DNA from: Octopus sinensis
Lineage: Eukaryota
Length of the DNA stretch: 64,000 bases
Direction of reading: 5' to 3'
Assembly (NCBI RefSeq): GCF_006345805.1
Contig: NC_043001.1
Span: forward strand, 5,518,001 to 5,582,000
Under the pieces are notes generated by a model, which saw only the letters and a program-made list of their open reading frames with translations, was not told the origin of the DNA and made no database searches. A program made the position numbers and the translations under genes. Positions 13,396 to 28,956 of the stretch are shown piece by piece; within the stretch, counting starts at the first letter, position 1, and each line of letters opens with the position of its first letter.

Positions 13396-15470
13396 ACACA
13401 CATTGAAGCAGAGTTGAAAAAGGCTGCTGTTGGTGTGTATCGGCAATAATTGTATTATCGTTTAAAATCGATAAACACAATAAACTTCACGTCTGATGGA
13501 GAGTGGAAAAATCAAAAATATCAGGACCCTTTCTTGCACCCAGTTCTTCTAACTTAAATGTGATATTTTGCTGTCTTTGATTAATTTCTCTCCTGCAAAC
13601 TTCTCTCTCTGAAGAAGGAGTTTCTCAGAACCGCTGGAATATCCACTCACCACAGAAAATTTACTTTACTCATTCCGTTGAATTTACTATTAAATTAGAT
13701 TAAAATGCCTCTCTTAATGCATGGACCCCCTTAAAATCCTATGGTGGCATTTAAGTGAGACAATCTCTTTTCATACATATGTTTTGCTAAATGCAAAGTA
13801 AGGACTTCCAGAAATATCAGACGCATTTTGCCCTTCATACCTTTGAAAGGTGTGTTTAGATTAAGCTTGATGGCTATTTAATTTTGTTTCAATTGCGAAC
13901 ATCGAAATAGTTTATATTGTAGAATATGTTTCCATATTTATATTAATATATCTATAATTAATCGATTTATGATTCGAGCAATTTTAAAGAATCCTTATGA
14001 AGCTGTTGACCATCTATCGTTTTTAATCTCGATATTTTCACGAATTCAACTTTGCGAGATCTGTATTATTGTAATTCATTTTGATATCGTATCCTTATGA
14101 AACTGACATTTTTTTCTCTCACGTTCCGGAAATATCTAAAGTTTGCTTGAAAGAAGAGCTAAGTGTTGCTACAACTGCAATGGTTTTCCGTGCTATTAAG
14201 GATGTATTGACTACTGAAACAACAAACCCAGCTATGTACAGTGTTTTTGAACAAAGTCCAAAGCTTACGATTAAGTATGTTAACAATTTTAGATGTCTCC
14301 TTAAATGCAGTTACAGCTTTTATAAGAGTACGGTGTATTTCATAATCCAATAACAACGTTCATATAGCTAAAAGCCATTTTAGCTAAGGCCGTTTTATAT
14401 TTGAACTCTGAATAACGTGGCTGAACGCGGAGTGAGTAAAATCTAACGAAACGATGCAACATCAGAAATATTAAATATTCAAGTCTTGGAATAACGGAAT
14501 TACGATATCATTCAAAAGAAGATAAATCATATCTGAATAGAAGCCCAAACTATTACATTTAAGGAATCTGTTAAAGAAAAAATTTCTACCTTCACCATAC
14601 ACGCTGTAATACAGAATGGTAGATGTGTTTAATATTACAATTTTCGTTGCTCGACATACTTAAAGCATACTTCTGTTTCGTACTGACTATCCATTTCTTT
14701 GTTCTCATTTAAGTTCCACCAATGGCCACCGAGATGTAAGTGTCAATGCTTCAATCCGCAGCACCTGCTCAGTAATATCTCAACAGTTTTTCCTAGCCTT
14801 AATTTCTCCATTTTCTTTCTTGTTCATAGTAGCAGCTAGGTTTCACAAATAATGGAAGCCACCTACATAACTCATGATATACACACACACACATACACGC
14901 ACGCACACGCACACACACACGCACGCACACGCACACACCCACGCGCGCGCGCACACACACACACAAACATATGAATTACCAACTTACCTACAGCTACCAA
15001 GTTTCCTATTCATCAGAAACATTATCTCCTACCTCCCTCTCTTTCTCCCTCCATTCTAACCAATTGCAACTTATCACTTCTCTGAAATCCTCGCTTTCTC
15101 TCCTCCTCTTCCTCCTCGCATTCTTCCCCGTTACTTTTTCTTTACCTCTGTTTAAATGGCTGCGACAATATATTTTTTTATCTCTTTATTTAGAGAAGAC
15201 ACAGTAAATGACCCCCGCCTATATTCGCAAACGTTTCTAGCCAGCTTAAATATTATGAAAATTTCCCACCTACTCTCCCCCTCTCCTTTTATTTATTCTT
15301 ATTCTTTTTCTTAACAACATCAGGCATTCGCCCACTCCCATATATTCTTTCTTCATTCATCTCTTTTTTTTTCCTTTTGTGTTCTTTCAATCTCAGCTTT
15401 CCACTTATTTTTGAACAAATCTGCGAATCTCCTGGGTTCTGTTGACGACAATGCAACTTTCATATATCAA

Positions 15471-15567
15471 AGGTATCTTCGGTCTGATGAGTAGGCAGGG
15501 GAGTAATTGTGTAATTACTACGTTTGAGGTTCTGGTAGCTACGAAACATAGAGTCTCGATTTTACCT
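15471..15567 (+). ncRNA. Type I hammerhead ribozyme with canonical core and extended stem II
   Basis: AGGUA-UCU-UCGG-U CUGAUGA(15484-15490) GUAG...CUAC GAAAC(15543-15547) AUAGA GUC(15553-15555) UCGA-UUU-UACCU; stems I, II and III can all be drawn. Confidence 0.7.
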
Positions 15568-15784
15568 GTTCCATTCCATAAATTTGGAGTTTTAATCGTA
15601 TACATAACAACTGCAGTTGCTAGCCGTAAACTATAATTTTTTCTTTTTCACTTTCTCAAATTTCAATATTGGAAAAAGTTACAACCTTCAACGTGAATAA
15701 ACCACTATTGTTCCAGAAACCCGAACTGCACCGGTAACAAGCGATTAGTCACCATTTGTTTATATTTACCTTTTCAAAGTATCG

Positions 15785-15995
15785 TGGCAAGTTGGCAGAA
15801 ACGCCAGCCCGACGAGCAAAGTGCTTAGATGTATTTCATCCGTCCTAACGTGCTGACTTCAAATACCGCCGGGATTGAGTTTATCTTTCATCTAATCAGG
15901 GTTAATAAAATAAGTACCAGTTGAGCACAAGAATAGATATAATCGACTTACTACAGACGCATATTACCTGATCTTGTGCCAACATTTGAAACCGA
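15785..15995 (+). mobile_element. SINE family 2, decayed
   Basis: Similar to 48400-48615 (GGCAGAAACG...TTCAAATACCGCCG...TTTCATC...TAAGTACCAGT); another decayed copy at ~16240-16400. Confidence 0.65.
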
Positions 15996-16504
15996 TATCT
16001 ACCTTGAAAATGATTTGTGTTTTAATGATTTCCCGTGTATTGGAATCAAGTCTGTTTTCACAATTCTAAGCTGACGAATTACTGCCACCTATTGAGTACA
16101 CTCGTCCTGCACATGCTATATCAAATTTATCTGTATCTCTCTATTACCATCGCCTTCGTGTTCTTTTATGTAAGGCGTGACTACAGAATTCAAACAACCA
16201 ACAAACAATTATATCATCTACCATTATATATCGAGAGAATCGTTAGCATGCCGGGCAAAAATGCTTTGTGGCATTTCGTCACGCTTTACGTTCTGAGTTC
16301 TGATTCTGCCGAGGCCGAATTTGTGTCTTATACTTTCCAAGATGAGAAAATAAGTACCATTCGATGTCACTGACTATTCCAGTTTCCAAAAATTTCGACC
16401 TATAGAAGAATGGACTATTATACATCGAGATACTCGTGTATGACCCGTTGTTTAAAGTCTGGAATAGAGCATTCTTTTTTCATTGAGATATCGGTTAACA
16501 AGAA

Positions 16505-16855
16505 CAGACGTGGCTCTATGGTAAGACGTTTGCTCCCGAACCAGGTATTTCCTGGTTCAGTCTAGCTGTGTGTCACCATCGGCAAATGTCTTCTACCATA
16601 GTCCAGGGCCGACCAACGCCTTGCGAGTGGATTTGGTGGACGGAAATTGAAAATATGTATATAGTACCGCTTCATAAACAGTGTTGTTTTGTGTAAGTGC
16701 CCGTAAGATTAACGGCTCGACAAAAGAGACTGACAAATAGTTACCAGGCTTTAAATAACAAGAACTCGTTACGATTCCTTCTATTAAGTGAAAATATTGA
16801 GCCTGGTGCCTGACAATTGCTGCAATATGATCACTGAATCAAATAAAAAAAGAAA
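16505..16855 (+). mobile_element. SINE family 1, decayed
   Basis: GTGGCTCTATGGTAAG...GGCAAATGTCTTCTACCATAG...GAGTGGATTTGGTGGACGGAAATTGAAA. Confidence 0.7.
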
Positions 16856-17884
16856 GACAGAAACATATAAAAATAAATTTATTGAAAAAATGGCAAAAAC
16901 AATATTGAAATAAACGAAGCATTTAATAGTTTAAAATCCATATACATCTCTAACTTCATCTAATTCTATTGCCATTGCAATATTGGATCTTCTTAGAAGT
17001 CGCTTCTGATGTCTTGCCTTTAAAGAGCCAAGTATATTGGGAAATATAAAAATACTTGTAGAAAAACAATAGCTCTGTTTTATTCTGAAATGTTTGAATG
17101 GAATAAACTGCGGTGGACACTGAGTTGCCTATGTACATTTGCGTTGGATGATGGATTGTGGTAAGAGCAGGACTGCTCTGGTATTGTTCTATTCCTCTGT
17201 GAAGTATGAATCTCCTGGCTGAGAATGTTCAACCCAGCCTACGAGAATTCAGCCAGCGTTGAGCGACATCTTTAAATGCCTTAGCACAAACACGTACCGT
17301 TTCCTTGCTGGCATTGTGCAAACTACAATCGGTCTGGAAGGGACCAGTTTGGTCCAGATGACAATGGCCACTAGAAATGAATATAACCTTTTCCATGAAT
17401 TTTAAATTCTGGCCCATTAACTTAAGTCAAGATGAAGCTTTTCCAAATACATCCGGCATCTCACAACATCTGAGGGAACCCAGGCTACAGCTCTAGACGG
17501 AAAAGCTTAGAATGACTCTGTCGAATTCAAATGAGACTCTCTTCTTCTGAAGACACCCCTTCTGGTTCAAAAACATCATGGATTCATTGGAAGTTTTGGG
17601 AGAGATCCAACGAGCTGAGAACGAGAAGGAAATGATCAAAAGTTTCATTCGTCAGAAGTGGATACATGACCGGGCCGTTCTACCTGTGAATGTGCAGATG
17701 ATACTGTGAAAAACTTCCTTGTTTGTGTGATATTAGCCGACCCCTGCATCGCAACAGACTGTGCATGGTGCAGTTATTATGCAATGAGCTCTGAACAGAA
17801 ATAGGGAACTCTCATACGCCATTAAGCTTCGAAGAACAAAAGGAAGGTGCATCGACATCAACATCATCACCGAAGAAGTACTTC

Positions 17885-17896
17885 TAGTAGTAGCAT

Positions 17897-17972
<76 letters not shown>

Positions 17973-18036
17973 TGTGGTGTTGGTGGTGGTGGCGGCAGTG
18001 ATGGTGGCGTTGCTGGTGGTAGTAGTAGCAGTGGTA

Positions 18037-18072
<36 letters not shown>

Positions 18073-18080
18073 GTAGTAGT
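17885..18080. repeat. (AGT)n/(GGT)n microsatellite
   Basis: Direct reading; source of the poly-Ser/Gly ORF 17847-18104. Confidence 0.95.
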
Positions 18081-19115
18081 TTGAGGATGTTCAGTTCAAA
18101 GTAGTTTTACATAACATAGCAGTCTTCGTAGTTGTTGCCATGTCATGCTTTACTCAAATGTGTAATTCCTCTCCTTCAGAACACGACGAAGATGTTGTAC
18201 GGGAGAAGTAGCAGCATCCTTGTTAATGGAATTTGGAAATGAAAATAGAGGAAAATGATTCGTAACTAAAAACTAAACGAATTTCGTGACGTGACCAAGA
18301 TTCCATGTAGATAGATACGCCGTGTTCTACAGAGGTTTTCACTACAATAAACGGAATATTACATTCCTACTTTGGTAGAAATATCAAATTGATCACGTAT
18401 TATTTAACGGAAAATAGTTGTTATTATATATATCTAAAGCGCATTAGCTATGTAAGTGAAATGTATTCAGTCAAGAATTTCAACGGCCGTTCCTGTATGA
18501 TTATTTGCCATTTTCTACATAATAGCTCTGGAATGCGGAACCAGTCGCACACGCATTTTACTAAGAACAAACTTTTGTATAATGTCGCATTTCACTAAAG
18601 ATATCCATAGCACAACAGGAAATCGTTGTACTTCCTCATAGTTAAAGCATATATTAGGAATTTTAACTGGAAATGCCTTTTAAAATAATTACATGATAGC
18701 TAAAATATGTTAATCCAAGCTGTTTTTTTTCTTCAGTACTTCATTGAAGCAAGGCTTGTAAATTATATCATGATGTTATTAGAGTTACACTGGACATAAA
18801 CATTGATATAGATTTAATGCTAGAGGGATTTAGATAGAGTAGTTTTTAATGTTTTTTGGTTTTTCGTCCGTGCGATAACACAAGATATATAAAGGACGGA
18901 TCGATGTTACAAATATTCACAAATATACAGCAACGTCAAATGAAGTGATATGCTAAAGTACGCTACGCCCCACACGGCCTACGATTTGATAGAATAAGTA
19001 CTAGGCCTGCAAGAAATATGTCCTGGAGTCGATTTGTTCGACCAGAGGCGATGCTCCAGCATGGCGACAGTTAAGTAACTGAAAGAGGTAAAACACTATA
19101 GGCTATATATATATA

Positions 19116-19285
19116 GGCGCAGGAGTGGCTGTGAGGTAAGTAGCTTGCTAACCAACCTCATGGTTCCGGGTTCAGTCCCACTGCGTGGCATCTTGGGCAA
19201 GTGTCTTCTGCTATAGCCCCGGGCCGACCAAAGCCTTGTGAGCGGATTTGGTAGACGGAAACTGACAGAAGCCTGTCGTATATAT

Positions 19286-19323
<38 letters not shown>

Positions 19324-19535
19324 TTGTGTGTCTGTCTTTGTCCCCCTAGCTTTGCTTCACAACCGATGCTGGTGTGTTTACGTCCCCGTCACTTAGCGGC
19401 TCGGCAAAAGAGACCGATAGAATAAGTACTAGGCTTACAAAGAATAAGTCCCGGGGTCGATTTGCACGACTAAAGGCGGTGCTCTAGCATGGCCGCAGTC
19501 AAATGACTGAAACAAGTAAAAGAGTAAAAGAGAAA
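19116..19535 (+). mobile_element. SINE family 1, full length
   Basis: Near-identical to 213-632; preceded by short (TA)n and by a 3'-tail fragment of the same family (~18990-19090). Confidence 0.9.
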
Positions 19536-20377
19536 AGTGGAGGGGGTACGTGCAATCCGTGCTATAACCTCATCGGCTCTTCATGCAAGAACAAGGCCAG
19601 CGTAGTGTTTTGACGATCGATAGATTACTTATACATGTTCAGTTATAAAAGAACACTTCAACAATCCGTGTCATATATAACCATTATTCATGCTATAATC
19701 ATCACAGATTGATTATTATTTTAATTGAGAAAATTATGTTAAGACTGTATGCAACTAAGGAACGAATGTAACAAAATACACACTGCAGCGTTCAATTGCA
19801 TTTTCAGACATTTCATTTTGATGAACATTTTGCAAAGCAGGAAAAACTTTCGCCACTTCATAGGTGTGTCGGCAAAGATTAAACGCATATATATATTTCT
19901 ATCCTATCAACTCTTTAATATGCTACTCATCAGACAAGATAAATGTGAGTAATAGAAATAAAATCAGTAGAATACCTCCTACGGTTGTAAATATGTTCTT
20001 CTCAGCGATAGCTCGATCATTTATACTATCTATTTGGCGACATTTTAATATTTCAACAGACAAACACAGACAGAGTTAGTTGAGAGAGAAATTATGATGG
20101 ATACAATGATAAAACATTACACAAACCTACAAAACACTCTCTCAAATGTCGTCTCCCTCTACACACTCGCATTCATTCTTTCTTTATTTATTGCTTTTCT
20201 TTTAGATATACCTTTGCACACATATATTTCCTCACACACACGCACATATGTCTATAAATTGTCACTCAATGAACAACCCTTGCACACCAGTCACATACGC
20301 ACTTTCACATATCTGTATGATACTATCTCATAATATACATATATATTATTTGTATGTGTGTGTATAGTATAGTATAG

Positions 20378-21820
<1,443 letters not shown>

Positions 21821-22810
21821 ACTACTTCTACACCTCCCGAAACAAGCAACTTTATTTCTTCTTTCTTCTCTTCTCTTTTGTTCATTTTCTTTCCTTACGT
21901 GCAATAACGTCTTTTTTATTGTTTTATAATATTTTGTTTTTTTATTGTTTATAATTTTATTGTTTTTATACACGAACACATACGTGTACACACATAGACA
22001 CAGACACACACACGCACGCACACAAAAGCATGCGCACACATACGCACGCGCACACGCACACGAATGCACACACCCAACACTCACAACCCCACGGATACAC
22101 GTATATACACCCACATACGCTTACACACACACATACACACGCACACATACACACACAACTACACTCACATACGACACGCACGCACATACATACACACACA
22201 CACAAATCAACCCACACATACATCCCATAAACACAGCACACAATAATACACACACACACAATTATACATACATGTGGACACACATACGCACGTAGAAGCA
22301 CACACGCACACATACACAAAGTAAAGCATAGTTATTCACTACACGCACAAACTCTACGTATACACACACGAACACACACATACATACACACACTACAAAC
22401 AAAACACACACACAATACATATTCATATACATACACTCACACACGCATACTTCAAACTAGCAGTACCTCTTACTGACCATGGGTAGACACAAGAGCCACT
22501 CCTAATTCCTTCTTCCTTGAACTTAAACAATACTAAGTCCTACAACACACATAGATTTACAGCCACAACCACACACACACACACACATGTTATCATTGAC
22601 CATATACACACATACACACACGCGCACACGCAGACCTTCGCGCACGCACATATCCACACTTACACACACATACCTCCTCTTGCACTCTCCTGTCTTTGTA
22701 AGAACTTTTCTTCACCCATTTCTTTACGGTCATTCAAAATGTGACCACGTGTGTACCGTTGGCGATTTTTTTCCTCCATCTTCCTTTCTCTGGATCTTTC
22801 CTTTTCCTAT

Positions 22811-22845
22811 GTTTCTGACGAAGAGCTCCGCTCGAAACATAAAAC
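22811..22845 (+). ncRNA. Minimal type I hammerhead ribozyme (PLE pLTR)
   Basis: GUUU CUGACGA A GAGC-UCC-GCUC GAAAC AUA AAAC; related copies read GAAAC-GUA/GUU, so G>A decay at a CpG is likely here. Confidence 0.8.
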
Positions 22846-22942
22846 CTTCCTTCTTCGCTTCCTTCCTGAGCGTCCAATAATACTATACTTGTTCCACGTC
22901 CTCGCGTTGTTGTGTTTTCATGTTTGGATTAACTATATATAT

Positions 22943-22991
<49 letters not shown>

Positions 22992-23000
22992 TATATATAT

Positions 23001-23170
23001 GTAGGTCCCGGGTTGAGTCGGGGTTAACCACAGTAAATAAGGTACTCAATACATAGCTGAGTAAATTAATTTATTTTATAGAAGGAGCTTCTACAGGACT
23101 AGTACTATTTCATTCAAATGAAATCATCAGAAATGAAACAGTACTAGTCCTGTAGAAGCTCCTTCTATAA

Positions 23171-23179
<9 letters not shown>
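23001..23179 (-). mobile_element. Fold-back PLE-type mini-insertion with truncated hammerhead
   Basis: Inverted arms ~23064-23114 / 23132-23179; minus strand 23086-23130 reads CUGAUGA UUUC-AUUU-GAAU GAAAUAG...CUGUA GAAGCU; same terminus as 50397; between (TA)n tracts. Confidence 0.75.
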
Positions 23180-23223
<44 letters not shown>

Positions 23224-23309
23224 CTATAATACAAAATAGCATATAATATATATAATATATACATACATATAAATATATATATATATATATATTTACATAT
23301 ATATGTGTA

Positions 23310-23383
<74 letters not shown>

Positions 23384-23964
23384 TTTATATGTGTGTGTGT
23401 CTGTGTTTATATGTGTACAGGAAATGGTGCACGTTGAGAATGGGTGGTCAATACCACATGTGGGGAAACATTTTTCATTTTTGTAGTGAGACTACCATTG
23501 GCTTCATGTTTAGAAAATATATCTTAATATCTTAATCTTAACAATTATTCAAGCCGATTGCAAGGCCGTATGTTCTTCGTCAGCATTTTGCATGTTTATC
23601 TATGTATATATACATACATGGAAAATACATATTGGGAAGATGTAATCAAAGAGTGAAGACGTTAATTAATATGTCGAAATGTTGCGTTCACAGACTGCAG
23701 AGACACCTATTCATATGCAGTGTTCATAAATTACTTAAAATTAAAAAGAACTTCAGGAATAAAATGGAAGGGAAGGGTAAGTCACCGAAGTTTATTAGAA
23801 TTTGTAGGCAAAATAGTTTTTTGTCAGAAATATTAGAACACTTCCCAGTGAACTTCCTTAATTCGAGAGAAGTTGATTGTGGGATTACAACATTAGTTGA
23901 CACGATTGAATGTAGAAGTTGTAAGACATTTCTGAATATATGGTACAATTTTCTTTAACTTTTT

Positions 23965-24365
23965 ATCTCTGACTTGTCTCAGTTTGCGGCCATGTAGGGG
24001 CACCGCCTTGAAAATTTTTCAGTCAAATTAATCGACCCCAGCAATCATCTTTCCACACTGGTACTCATTCTATCAATTCGTTAATCGAACCACTAAGTTA
24101 TGGGGACGTAAACACAACAATGCCGGTTGTCAAGCAGTGGTGTAGGACAGATATAGACAAAAACACACACGCATACACACATACGCATATGTATACATAT
24201 ATACTCACACGACAGGATTCTGTCAGTTTCCATTTACCAAATGCAGTATCAGGCTTTGATTACACCGTAGATATTGAAGCAGGCTCAAGCTGCTACGCAG
24301 TGGGACTGAACTCAGAACCATGTGGTTAGGAAGTAAGGTTCTTACTACACAGCCATGCCAGCGGG
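23965..24365 (-). mobile_element. SINE family 1, decayed
   Basis: GCGGCCATG...CACCGCC...GGGGACGTAAACAC...CGCAGTGGGACTGAAC...CACAGCCA. Confidence 0.75.
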
Positions 24366-24488
24366 TATGCCGATAATAAGAAAGAAAATATTTTATCTGC
24401 AGTTACACCTTTATCTACAAAACTAATTTTGACTCCTCTTTAATTCAATCTTTTTTTCCATAAATCTGTCCTGCATTAAAGCTACAAG

Positions 24489-24729
24489 GTAGGAGAGTCC
24501 AGTTTGCTGGACATTGTTGTAGAGCTGAAAAAGAAGTAATTTCTACTCTTCTCCTCTGGAAGCCATCTACTCGCAATACCAGAGGGCGCACACTCTCCTA
24601 CCCTGATGTAATCTCCAGGGATACAGGCATCCAGCAACAGGACCTCCGTAATGCCATGATGGACCGTGAAGTCTGGCGTAGCATGGTAAATTCCATTGTC
24701 TCGACCACGGTCGAACAATGATGATGATG
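24489..24729 (+). mobile_element. RTE-clade LINE 3' end, 5'-truncated, with target-site duplication
   Basis: Open frame RRVQFAGHCCRAEKEVISTLLLWKPSTRNTRGRTLSYPDVISRDTGIQQQDLRNAMMDREVWRSMV; (TGA)n tail; TSD AAAGCTACAAG at 24478-24488 and 24730-24740. Confidence 0.85.
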
Positions 24730-25567
24730 AAAGCTACAAGTAGAAGTTGTTAGACACCAGACCAGATATTATGACGTTTTGGGAGCAATTTTCCCGATGT
24801 TTAGTTTGACTGATTTTTTTATTAACTATATGTGTGGCCAAGTATTGTCATGGAGAATTGGAGTTAATTTCCTATTTTGCACACGCTCATCCCCTTACAA
24901 TCTTCCTGAATTATTTTGAGTACCTGGACGTATCGGATGTTCATGATAGACATATTACATTGAAATTCATGCTAACGCTATTATCACCTTAAATCGATGC
25001 TAGGTGTAGACTCTTGTAGTATGATTTCTTGATACACTAGCTTTGTATAATACATAGGAAGTATAAAATGATATAGCTCAGCTCAATACGAAGTAACAAC
25101 CACATTCACAAAACTTAAATATTTCACTCTCGTATTGAGATGTTCCTAGGATCGTAGATTTACCATGTGTGTAAACTCTGAGATCACAAAATCAGTAGTA
25201 ACAGCGTGTTTTATTAAAACTGTAAAAAGAAAAAATTTCATTTAAAACACATATCAAAATCGAAATTTATGGCCAAAATTAATTTGAATTTTCATTCATA
25301 GCATAAATATCGTTTTTACATTTTAATTAGATTTATTGAATTTCTGTTTGAGATCAAGTTGAAATTAAATGATTCTATTAGCAACAATGAATTCAATATA
25401 GAAAATTTATAAATATTCATATGACTATTTTAATAATAAACATCTATTATTGAGTGGTTGAACTAAATATTTTGTTCCAGATCGTAAAGATAGATAAGAA
25501 TATATTTAAATCTAAACTAAAACAAATGTATTGTAGCTAATTGCTTATATAATCACTGAATAATTAT

Positions 25568-26500
25568 TGTTGGTACGAACACCGTATTTCTTTTCGCAGC
25601 CTAAATATACTGACCACTGTCTATTTTTCAATCTTCGATTGCATTTTTTTAAATAGGCATGTTTGTACACGATGATGGGGAAGCTGTGATAACTCCTAAA
25701 AAGTGCATACAATCCATTAAATATTTAATCTATCTTTGATTTGCATTATTTAGCTATACATATAAATATTCGTGAACGAAACTTCGTAAGATTCATGGCT
25801 GGTTCAATTTTCTAGGAAAGGATCTTTCTGGTTTTCATCACTGTATAGAGTTATCTTTTCAAAACACGTTTCGTGTATCACAGAGATGCAATCTTTGATG
25901 CTGAATCCGAATTAGCAAAATTCATACAGGTATTCAAAGTTTGATCATTTTCAGCCAATCATAAAACAGTACGTTCATTGCCTCTTCTAACATCAGGGTG
26001 AGAGGCATGTGAAAATATTAAACTAGGATTTCTTACAATAATCATCTTTCTCCTCCTTGTGCACATGCGCAGCATCTCTGTTTACTATAGAAACATTTCT
26101 TCGCAATTAGCTATGCAACACGTGGTGCGTCTTTGTTTTGGTTGGAAATATAAATCTTCGCCATGGTGATATGTAAAATACTCGCTTCTGGTTGGCTAAA
26201 ATACCCAAATTTTGCAAACTTGAAAGGCTTGGAATTTTTATTATTATTATGGATTTATAGGCAAATGAATTTCGTATTCATAATTGGTATGCGCAATTTA
26301 GTCCATATACCAAATTTGAAAACATTTGGAACAAAATTTTAAAAAACCACAAAGATATCTTTAGAAAATTTGAGGAGGTAAATTTAAGCATGAATAAAAC
26401 ACATCGTTAATAAAATAGAACACAGTTTTAACGTTTTAACCTTTCATACACTTGTGAATATATCAGGACTGGAAAAATGAAATACGGTGCACCACCAGCA
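25568..26500. mobile_element. Old palindromic MITE-like non-autonomous DNA element
   Basis: Nested inverted matches: 25568-25594/26473-26500, 25806-25835/26343-26370, 25948-25961/26189-26201. Confidence 0.55.
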
Positions 26501-27829
26501 TTTGGCATGAATGTATTAATTTTCCAAGCATGCGTTTAATTACTTAATTAATTTAAACGTTAATCATTAATGTATAAATCCGTTTATCCAACAGCGTTAC
26601 TCCGCTAAAATTAGTGGATGTTTAAGCAATATGTTGGTGAATAGTTAATCGTTGGGATATCTTGTTGAAGAAGTACAATAACATCTGAAATATCAATGTA
26701 CACTTATTACTTAGTTGCTTTCTTCGATCGCATTGATTACCTGGACGTATGCGTTTTCGAAACATCCTAAGTTTAAGTGCTAACTCTAAATTCTATGGAA
26801 AATGAATAGAGGTAACCTAAAAGAAATCACTTAGTATTTATGATTTATGATCTCAGTTTTCAAACACTAACAATGACAGATAACACACTATATTGCTCAC
26901 ATCGATGCCTTAATTATTGTAAACCTGTTGTACCGCATCCTAATAAAACACGGAACCTTTGCCAGATGGAATTTTTCCACTGAATCACAAGACACATTAT
27001 GAAATATCATTTAAAAATTGCTTTTCCCATGCATACATGGTATGGCAGGAGAGTCATTGCTGAAAGATATCCAATATTAAATTTGTTCAATCAAACTAAA
27101 GTGACATCAGAAACAGTTTCTGGCTATTGATTCAAAAATATTATTTTCGCCGGATTCGATATGAATTCAAAGCAAGGACTCCACAGATCGTAAATAATAT
27201 ACAAAGTCGAGGTAATATGAAAGTGTGGCAGCCATAATATCATTCAGATTTAGAGAGATCATTGTGTTGACGAGAAAGATGAATTACAGGAAATACCAAA
27301 GATATTGAAATTAGAACTCGCTATCAGAAGATTTTATAATTTGTTATTTTTTTTTTGTTTTACTTATTTATTGATTAATATATTGCAGTGTTCTCGATAT
27401 TCTGAAATTATAAACTAGGTCGAGATATACTTATTTGTATTTGTATTTTCCGTTTAGTTGAGTGGTCGCCTATATATCAATAAATCATTATAATGTACAC
27501 ATAAACACACACATATATATACATACACATACACATACACAAGCACGCACAGAAACTCGCACATACGCACACACACACACACACACACACACTCACGCAC
27601 ACATGCACGCAAGTATATATATTGATTATTGTCACCTACATCGGTCACCGGAGAGCATTATATTCAATTTCATTGAAGAATTTTATGTTGCAAGCAAAAA
27701 AATGGAGATCTTTGAATGTATATACAAATGGGGAACGAGAGACAGAGGGAGAGAGAGAGAGTTACGGGTGTATATATATATATATGTGTGTGTGTGTATG
27801 TGTGTGTATGTATGTATATAAATATATAC

Positions 27830-27862
<33 letters not shown>

Positions 27863-28004
27863 CATACATATATACATACATATGTATATGTACATAAATA
27901 TATATATATATACTTACATATATATCGGTTATACATACACTTAAGCAGAAACAAACCCTGACTCACACACATTCGCATATATACATACATAAATACATAT
28001 ATAA

Positions 28005-28860
28005 GTCACGTTTTGTCCATTTAGGTGGTGAATTTTTCTTGAGTGAGTTGTATCTAAGTATGGGTGGTTTATTTGGTATTCCTTGAAGAAGTCTGTCCAG
28101 ACTCCCTTTAAAGATGATTGGATCCTTTTCCACTTTTGGGTCAATGTCAGGGAGTGTTGTGGAAAAGAAATTATGTCAGATAGTACCTATAGGTTGTGAT
28201 CCTAAATTGGGCAGATGACGTATGGTCCGTGGTCCCAGCCTTGGATGAACCTTGAAATTAACGTCCAGGTCGTTTGGGCAATGCTTGCGGTACATTGTCC
28301 ATATCGTACAAATGATGTACCGCCCGCGGCGACGTTGGAGAGAGTAGAGTTTCAAGGTTTTAAGGCGTTCCTAGTAATCGAGATCAGTCATGCCTTCAAT
28401 TCGTTTGGTGAGTGCCCTCTGGGGTGATTCAATCCTCGAGATGTTTCGTTTTGTTTGGGGAGACCAAAGTAGGCAGCAGTATTCGAGGTGTGGCCGTACA
28501 AAGGAGGTGAAGATGAATGACACCTTGTTCTCTAGACCGGAAGGTTCTTAAGATCCTGGCGCTCATCCTACGAGCTATATCGACCTTATTGTTGATGTGG
28601 GCGCTCCAACTGAGAATGTTATCAACAATTACAACAAAGTCACTAATATTATCAGATGCTGTGAGCGGTCCCACTGAAGGAAGAGAGTATGGATGATTTA
28701 CTATAGTCTTTCTTCCAAAATGCATCAGCTCAAATTTTCCCTTGTTCAGTTGCATTTTTGTTTTTGTCTGTCCATTGACTCACAGCATAGAGATCAGACT
28801 GGAGTTGATATCGGTCTTCTTCTTTGATGATTTGCTGGAGCTTATTGTCATCAGCAAATA
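28005..28860 (-). mobile_element. CR1/L2-group LINE ORF2 3' part, decayed
   Basis: FADDNKL...[30 protein letters not shown]...VDNILSWSAHIN...ILRTFRSR; C-terminus FKGSLDRLLQGIPNKP; 5' break in (TA)n. Confidence 0.85.
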
Positions 28861-28904
28861 TATATGTATATATGTATATATGTATGTACATATATATATT
28901 AATA

Positions 28905-28956
<52 letters not shown>

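Noticed and set aside
13600-13645. CTGAAGAAGGAGTTTCTCAGAACC, hammerhead-like
   Set aside because: GAAA box is broken and there is no convincing stem I or NUH site; at best a very old remnant.
14995-15025. Minus-strand CTGATGAATAGGAAAC
   Set aside because: No stem II or stem I can form.
16960-17830. Complex sequence with faint L1/Tx1-like peptide hints
   Set aside because: Too many stops and no diagnostic motif readable by eye; needs a frameshift-aware search.
17847-18104. Poly-Ser/Gly ORF
   Set aside because: Product of (AGT)n/(GGT)n repeats.
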